Assembly (NCBI GenBank): GCA_964634935.1 | Contig: CAZWJT010000004.1 | Location: forward strand, 30,915-94,914 | DNA length: 64,000 bases | Reading direction: 5' to 3' | Source of the DNA: an uncultured Planctomycetia bacterium | GTDB taxonomy: Bacteria; Omnitrophota; Gorgyraeia; Duberdicusellales; Duberdicusellaceae | Shown here: positions 57,112 through 64,000 of the stretch, piece by piece | Layout of the letters: each line of letters begins with the position of its first letter | Position numbering within the stretch: the first letter of the stretch is position 1 | Program-made: the position numbers and the translations under genes | Notes under the pieces: generated by a model | Seen by the model: the letters and a program-made list of their open reading frames with translations, nothing else | What the model was told of the DNA's origin: nothing | The model's database searches: none

Positions 57112-59387
57112 TGCGTAATCGCTCCCTGCTCGGGATTTTTTTTCTCGTAGGAGTTTTTGTCACTATCCTGCATATCGATATCATGATCCACAAGAAGCTT
57201 CCCTTCTCTCACGATACATTCCAATACTTCCAACAACAATATGTTTATTTTAATGAATTCATCACACAACGCTCAATACCATTGTGGTTTCCTTTTGTCT
57301 CCCAGGGTTTTGTAGGAAACTTTCATATAACCGGACAGTTAACCATGGCATTGCCCGTGCAATACTTAGTGGGAATTTTGTTTCCCGACATAAATTATTA
57401 TTATTTATTCCACCTAGGAATCTGGATTGAAGAAATGTTCTTCCTTTTGGGCGTAATCCTGCTAAGCTCATTCTATTATAAGAACAAAAAAACAATACTA
57501 TTCACCGCAATCACTCTCTTAGGAACAAACATCTGGTATCCGCAGATCTGGTGGAACTTTCATTTATTCTATTGGATGCCACTTACTTTATATGGCGTTC
57601 ATCGTTTCCTCAAGGAGCAAAAAATATCTTATCTCATACTTGCCTCTTTAACATTCTCGCTTACGGTTCTTGGAAACTTCATCTACTGTATTATCTTTGC
57701 CTTATTTATTCTGACAATTTATTATACGCTCTACGCTTGTTTCCATTGGAAGGAAATACTTGTTGCCGATTGGAAAAAAATACCGATAAAACATTATCTC
57801 TCATTCTTGCTCATTCTGTGCGTGCTGGCAATCAGCTTTCTATTCATAACTGTTGCCATTGATCAAATCGATTATCTACAACAAAATCGCAACACAACCG
57901 GCAAGAACACCCTCCAAACCTTTATGACCTATGGAGGCTCTCTGGGATTGCATAAATACCGAGAAATTCTCCGCCGTTATAGTTCTCCAGAAAATATTAC
58001 GCGAGATATAAATCTCTTTGCTGGGTTTTTCTTAATTCCTTTTGCCGCATTTACAGCGTTTTATTGCCGGAAAAAAATATCCTATGTAATTGCGGCCACT
58101 GCACTTGTGGTCTTCTTTTTCAGCATCGGCTCATGGATATCAGTTCTATTCTATTACTTATTTCCCGGTGGAAGTTTTTTCCGGCACATTGGATTAACGG
58201 CACCCGTTTTTAAGGTGCTCTTAGTCTTTTATGCCGGTTTTGGGTTCGAAGAATTTTGCCAGCGCGTTTCATCTTCCCGTACGCCAATTCTTGTGTTATT
58301 ACTCTCTCAGATAATACTCCTGGGGTGGTTACTCTATAAACCGTGGTTTCCGCCGCAAGAATATTTTTTCAATATCGTAAGTCCGGAAAACCGCAAACTT
58401 CTAAAAATGACTCTCTACGGAATTCTCTCTCTGAATGTAGTGGTTCTTTCGTGGTTTTTTCTTAGAAAAATGCCAAAAAATTTCCTGATCTATCTTCTCT
58501 TGGGGCTCGTTTCTCTTGATATGTTCACCTATAAATACTCTCTCATCCCGCTACGCATGCCCAAAGCTTCACCGGTATTGCTTGAGCTTTTTAAGCCATA
58601 TCGGTATGAATTCCCTCCAACGCGATTGATGAATACAAATATGGCAGTAGAAGACAATCAGCGTCTGCAATCTTTCTATTCAACCCCTTTTACTGGGGCA
58701 CGTTACAATACCATTGAATCGTTTCTCTTTATAGATTCAGCCATATCACCATTTCGCTCTGATTTTCTCCTTAAGCCACTAAAAAAGTATTTTGAGATGA
58801 TCCAGACATACCCCAATAAAAACGGGGCGTATGAAAAATATTCAGGCATTGATTACCCGAAGCTCAGTGTTTTTTCAAAACTGCACATCTTTCCAGGAGA
58901 AAAAGAGATAGGGACTGTTCTTGCTAATCCTGTTTTTGAGGGAAATGTGCTCTTTGCGCTGCAAAATGACTTTGCTCCGCTTGAATTTCCCGATAAACCC
59001 GAAGCAACCGAGTATTTCAACCAAAATAATTCTCCGCTCTTTACATACGAACGTATCCCGGCGCTTATCTCTATCAAACAGTTCAGCTACAATACATTGA
59101 AGCTTGACGTTACCACAGAAATAAACCAGAAAAATTATTTTTTGTACTACGCAGATGTTTTTCATCCTTATTGGACCGCCATCGTAAACGGGAAAAAAAC
59201 ACCGGTAATCCGCGCAAATATCGCCTATAAAGCGATCCCCATTCCTTCTGGGATTGCGAACGTAGAATTCCGATTTTCCGATTTGCGCTACCGCATATCA
59301 GCATGGACCCAGATTACAGTAATTCTGGCCTTATTGGGAAGTTGCATTTTTATCTTTTGGCGGAAACTGGTAGTGGAGAAAAACTGA
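57108..59387 (+). CDS. YfhO-family GT-C membrane glycosyltransferase
   Basis: 759 aa with about 13 TM helices, a large extracytoplasmic C-terminal domain with the YfhO-like motif FHPYWTAIVNGKKTPVIRANIAYKAIPIPSGIANVEFRF, and a terminal TM helix. Confidence 0.7.
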   Translation: MMRNRSLLGIFFLVGVFVTILHIDIMIHKKLPFSHDTFQYFQQQYVYFNEFITQRSIPLWFPFVSQGFVGNFHITGQLTMALPVQYLVGILFPDINYYYLFHLGIWIEEMFFLLGVILLSSFYYKNKKTILFTAITLLGTNIWYPQIWWNFHLFYWMPLTLYGVHRFLKEQKISYLILASLTFSLTVLGNFIYCIIFALFILTIYYTLYACFHWKEILVADWKKIPIKHYLSFLLILCVLAISFLFITVAIDQIDYLQQNRNTTGKNTLQTFMTYGGSLGLHKYREILRRYSSPENITRDINLFAGFFLIPFAAFTAFYCRKKISYVIAATALVVFFFSIGSWISVLFYYLFPGGSFFRHIGLTAPVFKVLLVFYAGFGFEEFCQRVSSSRTPILVLLLSQIILLGWLLYKPWFPPQEYFFNIVSPENRKLLKMTLYGILSLNVVVLSWFFLRKMPKNFLIYLLLGLVSLDMFTYKYSLIPLRMPKASPVLLELFKPYRYEFPPTRLMNTNMAVEDNQRLQSFYSTPFTGARYNTIESFLFIDSAISPFRSDFLLKPLKKYFEMIQTYPNKNGAYEKYSGIDYPKLSVFSKLHIFPGEKEIGTVLANPVFEGNVLFALQNDFAPLEFPDKPEATEYFNQNNSPLFTYERIPALISIKQFSYNTLKLDVTTEINQKNYFLYYADVFHPYWTAIVNGKKTPVIRANIAYKAIPIPSGIANVEFRFSDLRYRISAWTQITVILALLGSCIFIFWRKLVVEKN

Positions 59388-60874
59388 TGTGGAAAACGCT
59401 TGGCACTAAAAAAATTCTAAAAATTACCCCACTGATACAAAGCGGGTTTTTAATTCTCCTTACACTGGTTGTATTCTGGCCAAGTTTTTTTCATGTATTT
59501 CGCAATGACGAATGGCACTTTTTCTTTATTTCCCGCTTTGAAAATTTGGATTTTTCTTACATCCTAAATCACCTGGACTGGCAATTACAACTCGGCCATG
59601 ACCGGCTCTTATTCCGCCCCTTGCACCATACCGATATCGCACTAAACCGCGTGCTCTTTGATATCCACTACAGTGGTCCGCATATTCTGAATTTCATAAA
59701 ACACCTAGGCGTTGTATTTGCCCTCTGGAAACTCCTTAGCCAGACAAACCCAGGTTTGCCGGCATATCTTTTTGCCATGCTTTTTTCGGTTCTCTCGCTT
59801 GGATCTGATGCTGTATTCTGGCCACACGTAAGTGGCTATCTCTATGTATCTCTCTTTACCATTCTTGCGATTATTCTGTTACGAAAAAGTTTAACCCAAG
59901 AAACACCTTCAAAGAAAAGCCTGAGGCTCATATCGCTCTGGACGCTTCTGGCAATGTTCTCGAATGAATCGGGACTTATTTTGCCTTTTGTTCTAACCGG
60001 AATGTGCTTTATTCTCTTAAGGTCAGCTCAGAAAAAATATTTTCTTTCCTACATAACCCACACAGCGTTTATTCCACTGATTGCCTGGAGTAGCTGCTAC
60101 GGCATCCATCTATTCCTGGCATACCCGAACTGGAATATAGGATTTCAGTCGTATCTGATCCCTCTCTGGAAAATACCGAGAAATTTGTTCCGTTTTCTTT
60201 TCATGATAGTTTTTGGCATAACTATGCCTGTTTTCTCATACCCTCTCCTTGGAGATATCGTACGCTTTCTTGTGATACCGCCAGCGAAAAGAATACTCCA
60301 GGCGTGCTGCAGTGTATTCCTGGCTGCGGTTCTTATCCGTAAAACAAAAGAAAACAGAAACCATATCTTCTGCGCGTTGTTTCTTCTTATGGCAGCAGGA
60401 TTTATTATTACCGCAGGACGCTCGGCGTATGTCGACTCTTTGCTCTCAGAAAGAAAAATTGACAGCCACCATGTGTATTTTACCAGCATGGCCGCAATCT
60501 GGTTACTGTCAGAACTCACCCAGGCAAAAAACCGAAAAAGAAAAAATATGGTTCTCTTTCTTTTAATACTTGGAATTATGGCTCACAGCGCAAAAACGCA
60601 TTCGCTGGGAAACGAAATCACTCAAAAAACCGCCCCGCTTAAAAATTACTTTGACGCGGTAGCTTCCTTTGTAAAGCATCATAAGGATACGCCAAATTTT
60701 TCTTTCTTTATGCAGGAAAGGCCGCCAAAAACTCCTGTATTTTATTGGGAATCGGAACATTGTATTGATGGATTGTTTTTCCGTTATCTCAATCCGGAAA
60801 AACCGCTCTATTGGCTTTCTTATGATTTAAAAACCCAGGCTCTCACTGCACGGAAAAACGCACAACTTCAATAA
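59387..60874 (+). CDS. Polytopic membrane protein (GT-C-like / unknown)
   Basis: The start ATG 59387 overlaps the stop of the YfhO gene by 1 nt (TGATG). The product is about 495 aa with more than 10 hydrophobic helices. Confidence 0.5.
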   Translation: MWKTLGTKKILKITPLIQSGFLILLTLVVFWPSFFHVFRNDEWHFFFISRFENLDFSYILNHLDWQLQLGHDRLLFRPLHHTDIALNRVLFDIHYSGPHILNFIKHLGVVFALWKLLSQTNPGLPAYLFAMLFSVLSLGSDAVFWPHVSGYLYVSLFTILAIILLRKSLTQETPSKKSLRLISLWTLLAMFSNESGLILPFVLTGMCFILLRSAQKKYFLSYITHTAFIPLIAWSSCYGIHLFLAYPNWNIGFQSYLIPLWKIPRNLFRFLFMIVFGITMPVFSYPLLGDIVRFLVIPPAKRILQACCSVFLAAVLIRKTKENRNHIFCALFLLMAAGFIITAGRSAYVDSLLSERKIDSHHVYFTSMAAIWLLSELTQAKNRKRKNMVLFLLILGIMAHSAKTHSLGNEITQKTAPLKNYFDAVASFVKHHKDTPNFSFFMQERPPKTPVFYWESEHCIDGLFFRYLNPEKPLYWLSYDLKTQALTARKNAQLQ

Positions 60875-60889
60875 GAGCCAGGGAAAAAA

Positions 60890-61660
60890 CTAAAAGACTG
60901 ATTTTGGTTTCTTAGCGATAAAAAGCGGGCATCGAAAGATACGCAAACGGTGTAAAAAAAGGTAGAGGAGAGAAAGGAGAGTTTTTAAACCATAGATTGA
61001 ACTGGCAAAAAATTTTATTGATGATGCTTCGGTAAAGTAACGGACCGGCATCGGAATATCGCCCAAAACAAAACCATGATGCACTGCCTGGATAAGAAAT
61101 TGCGTATCAAAAACAAAATCATTGTCGTTCCGTTCAAATGCGATTACTTCTAAAACTTCCCGGCGATAAGCGCGAAATCCCGAATGAAAATCCGCTAAAT
61201 TCTGCCCTAAACACATGTTTTCAACAAAAGTAAGGAAACGATTTGCAAGGTATTTATAAACCGGCATTCCGCCCTTTAAACATTCACGCCGGGTTCTCAC
61301 CCGAGCACCCAAGACTACATCGCAAATACGCAATCGCAAAATAGTTACAGCCACAGAGATAAGCCTGCTATCGTACTGATAATCAGGATGGATCATTATT
61401 ATATAATCCGCGCCGTGCTCCAAGGCATACCGGTAGCATGTTTTTTGGTTTGCCCCATACCCTTGATTTTGGGAATGCACATATACGGATAAACCAAGTT
61501 TTTTTGCAATTTCAACGGTATTGTCGCTACTTGCATCGTCTACAAGAATAATCTCATCAACAACACCATGCGGAATATCAGCAACAGTCTTTTCTAGGGT
61601 CTTAGCCGCGTTATACGCGGGCATAATCGCTACCACTTTTCCGTTTGATTGCGTATCCAT
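60890..61660 (-). CDS. GT2 family glycosyltransferase (DPM1/GtrB-like, no TM anchor)
   Basis: [14 protein letters not shown]...[12 protein letters not shown]...HPDYQYD (DxD-like). Confidence 0.85.
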   Translation of the reverse strand: MDTQSNGKVVAIMPAYNAAKTLEKTVADIPHGVVDEIILVDDASSDNTVEIAKKLGLSVYVHSQNQGYGANQKTCYRYALEHGADYIIMIHPDYQYDSRLISVAVTILRLRICDVVLGARVRTRRECLKGGMPVYKYLANRFLTFVENMCLGQNLADFHSGFRAYRREVLEVIAFERNDNDFVFDTQFLIQAVHHGFVLGDIPMPVRYFTEASSIKFFASSIYGLKTLLSLLYLFLHRLRIFRCPLFIAKKPKSVF

Positions 61661-61773
61661 AAAATTTGTTTTAGTGTATTATAATCGTAAGTATCAAGAA
61701 TTACAAGCGCCTACCACAAAGTACACCTGAATCGCTTGTAATTGTTACTTTGCTTCTATATAATACAATAACT

Positions 61774-63351
61774 ATGCTGAATAATGCCATCAGTGAAAAA
61801 AAACCGAGGAATCGAAAACTCCTCAGCGTAACGCTGGTTTATGTACTTCTTGGAATTTTACTTCTCCCTGCGTACCAGCATCAAATCAACCCTGACGGCA
61901 TTTCTTATATCAATATTGCCCAGCAATATCTTTCCGGGAGATTTCAAGATGCAATTAACGGCTGGTGGGGACCGCTTTTTTCCTGGTTACTTCTTCCGTT
62001 TCTCGCCATAGGAGTTACCCCGCTTATGGCTGCTAAGATCATTTCGCTGGGAATAGGAGCTTGGAGTATCTTTTGCCTTTCCAGACTCGGAAGCATTCTT
62101 GAAATCCCGATTCGTGCGCCTCTTGTTCTTACCTGCATGATCCCTTTCATCCTGTATTGTGCGTACTCGGTCATTACCCCTGATTTTCTTCTCGCGGTAA
62201 TATTTCTGTACTACCTTGGCACTGTATACCAGAAAAATTCTGCGCTCCAACCAACACGCAGTGTTCTTTGTGGAGTCTGGGGGGCTGCTTTGTATCTTTG
62301 TAAATCATATGGATTTGTTTTCTTCCTAATCCATTTTACGCTCGTTTCAGGATACCGATTGTTCAGTTCAAAACAACCCCTTCAGCGCTCAAAAATAGTG
62401 CTTCATTTTCTCTTAACCATCACGGTATTTTTTGCGCTCAGCGGTATATGGATCGGACTCATCAGCTGGAAATACCACCGGCTTACCATTGGTGCTGCTG
62501 GAACATATAACTTTCGCCTCGTTGGACCAAAATCCCAAGGACAAGCCGTGCATTCACAAGGATTTCTCCCAATACCAAATCAAGCCGCAACAAGCGCATA
62601 TGAAGATCCTTCCTATTTTCCGACCCAACCTTGGAATCCGTTTACTTCCTGGTCTGAATTCAGACATCTCTTGAGAGTCATAGAGAATAACTCGATTGAA
62701 CTGATAAAGACACTTCAAAGATTTTCGGCTTTCTCTCTGTTGCTGATTTGCGGCACAGCTATTTCCATCGCGAAAAATTTGTGGTGGGGAAAGAAAATCC
62801 AGAAAAATATAGTTTTTATTGCCGCAAGCGGCGTACTCTATTCAATAGGATTCCTGCTCTTAATCATTGAAGAGCGCTATTTCTGGGGAATTGGATTCCT
62901 GCTGTTTTTCTTGGCACTACGGGCATCGCAAGCCCTTGCCGCGCAAACGTCTCCGCGTTTGAACGGAAAACGCGCACTCGTTGCGTTGATCTTATTGAGC
63001 TTCACGCTCATGCCCACGCAATATCTACTACGGAACCTTCAGACAAAAAAAGATATTTATGAAACAAGCTTGCTTCTTAAAAATAGGTATGCTGTGTCCG
63101 GAAATATCGCATCAAACGCGTTCTGGCATGAATCTTTGTACATTGCCTATCACCTTAGGGGAAAATACCTAGGCCAAAAATTGAAAGGCCTTTCCGGGCA
63201 GAAACTTCGCGATGCCCTGCAAAGTCTAAAAATAGACTATTACTTTGTCTGGAGCAAAACCAACTCTGAATTTGAAACTCTTGAAGGATACCCAGAAATT
63301 ACCCAGGGCGCAATACCCTATTTACGGGTTTATCGACTATGCAAAATCTGA
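61774..63351 (+). CDS. Polytopic membrane protein, putative GT-C glycosyltransferase (PMT/ArnT-like)
   Basis: The start was taken as ATG 61774, 9 nt after a TATAAT at 61759-61764; the listed start at 61750 is TTG. There are more than 10 TM helices and an N-terminal DGxSY-like loop (INPDGISYIN). Confidence 0.5.
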   Translation: MLNNAISEKKPRNRKLLSVTLVYVLLGILLLPAYQHQINPDGISYINIAQQYLSGRFQDAINGWWGPLFSWLLLPFLAIGVTPLMAAKIISLGIGAWSIFCLSRLGSILEIPIRAPLVLTCMIPFILYCAYSVITPDFLLAVIFLYYLGTVYQKNSALQPTRSVLCGVWGAALYLCKSYGFVFFLIHFTLVSGYRLFSSKQPLQRSKIVLHFLLTITVFFALSGIWIGLISWKYHRLTIGAAGTYNFRLVGPKSQGQAVHSQGFLPIPNQAATSAYEDPSYFPTQPWNPFTSWSEFRHLLRVIENNSIELIKTLQRFSAFSLLLICGTAISIAKNLWWGKKIQKNIVFIAASGVLYSIGFLLLIIEERYFWGIGFLLFFLALRASQALAAQTSPRLNGKRALVALILLSFTLMPTQYLLRNLQTKKDIYETSLLLKNRYAVSGNIASNAFWHESLYIAYHLRGKYLGQKLKGLSGQKLRDALQSLKIDYYFVWSKTNSEFETLEGYPEITQGAIPYLRVYRLCKI

Positions 63352-64000
63352 AAAAACCAAAAACCGATATCCGCGGTTACACCAGAAAAGCATTGGCAGA
63401 ATTGCTTACCCGAGCGAGCTTTAACGCATATAATGCCGATCAAATCTTCACCTGGATCTATAAAAAACAGGTGGAAGAATTTTCAAAGATGACCAACATT
63501 TCAAAAACACTCAGGGAATTTCTCCAGAAGAATTTTTACCTAAAAGATCCAAAAATCCTTACCCTTCAAACATCGTGCGATCAAACAAGAAAGATTCTCT
63601 TAGAGCTGGATGATCACGCGCAGATTGAATGCGTCTTAATCCCTGAACCGAAACGACTTACCCTTTGTGTCTCATCCCAGGTAGGTTGCAAATTTTCCTG
63701 TTCATTCTGCATGAGCGGTAAAGACGGGTTTTATCGAAATCTTACCACTGCGGAAATAATCGGACAATATTTTGCCGCTGCGCGAAGCATGACTGACCGA
63801 AAAATCACTAATATTGTTTTCATGGGCACCGGGGAACCTTTGGATAACTTTGAGAATGTCCGTGAGGCAGTTGAGATTTTTCTCGACGAGAAGGGGATTT
63901 ATCTTGGAAAACGTAAGCTCTGTATCTCTACCTGCGGAGCACCGCCACTTCTAAAACAGTTAATCGACAGTGACTGCGCGGTAAAGCTTTCTCTTTCTTT
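63339..64000 (+). CDS. rlmN: 23S rRNA (adenine2503-C2)-methyltransferase RlmN (radical SAM), 3'-truncated by window edge
   Basis: An open frame runs from ATG 63339 to the window end and is not in the ORF track. LTLCVSSQVGCKFSCSFCMSG is the RlmN/Cfr CX3CX2C region, and NIVFMGTGEPLDN is conserved. Confidence 0.85.
   Translation, partial: MQNLKKPKTDIRGYTRKALAELLTRASFNAYNADQIFTWIYKKQVEEFSKMTNISKTLREFLQKNFYLKDPKILTLQTSCDQTRKILLELDDHAQIECVLIPEPKRLTLCVSSQVGCKFSCSFCMSGKDGFYRNLTTAEIIGQYFAAARSMTDRKITNIVFMGTGEPLDNFENVREAVEIFLDEKGIYLGKRKLCISTCGAPPLLKQLIDSDCAVKLSLS

Noticed and set aside
1-64000. A search for CRISPR arrays, integrases, transposases or phage genes that might define a mobile element
   Set aside because: No regularly spaced direct repeats and no recombinase-like ORFs were found. 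The only repeats seen are intragenic, in the propeller gene and in the paralogous radical SAM genes.

Overview
This is a 64 kb window from a low-GC (~40%) bacterium, most likely a strict anaerobe. Bacterial markers present are RecO, RmuC, RlmN, a sigma-70 factor, YfiH/PgeF, RluA and a tRNA-Arg(CCT). Genes are almost all on the + strand, tightly packed and often translationally coupled by ATGA/TAATG overlaps.

The 5' third (1-30 kb) is mostly housekeeping:
- a hotdog thioesterase, a CapK/PaaK-like adenylating enzyme and an S51 peptidase, in that order
- a fused MFS/spermidine-synthase-like membrane protein followed by an S9 peptidase
- GTP-PEPCK, PurC, an aspartate aminotransferase and a short LeuA/NifV-family synthase
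- a class-A beta-lactamase-like hydrolase and RluA
- a secreted 7-repeat propeller protein
- a cysE / DUF39 / NIL-ferredoxin sulfide-dependent homocysteine module
- RmuC, YggU, YfiH, an ABC-2 exporter, RecO, PPDK, the sigma factor and Apt

A tRNA-Arg(CCT) at 30066-30138 is followed by a consensus promoter and about 33 kb (30.2-63.3 kb) of glycan biosynthesis and extracytoplasmic glycosylation genes, ending at rlmN (starts 63339). This region is extraordinarily rich in radical SAM enzymes.

The most unusual feature is at 33.1-41.0 kb. A B12-binding radical SAM gene is followed by five tandem paralogous radical-SAM/SPASM genes in two subfamilies. A 367-aa Cys-rich zinc-ribbon-like protein is inserted between the third and fourth paralogs. 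A TylF-like O-methyltransferase and a GT2 follow.

Two further B12-radical-SAM genes are each translationally coupled to a YfhO-family GT-C membrane glycosyltransferase (7819-10940 on the minus strand, 55651-59387 on the plus strand).

The locus also carries:
- a stand-alone TPP E1 alpha/beta pair
- a split transketolase
- GDP-heptose genes (HddA/HddC-like) and an Fcl-like reductase with a degenerate Rossmann motif
- several SDR epimerases
- a DegT aminotransferase-SDR-radical-SAM triad
- three short DPM1-like GT2s, one GtrB/CsbB-type GT2 with a C-terminal TM anchor and one GT2 fused to a membrane domain
- two more polytopic GT-C-like membrane proteins

No CRISPR array, integrase or transposase was seen.
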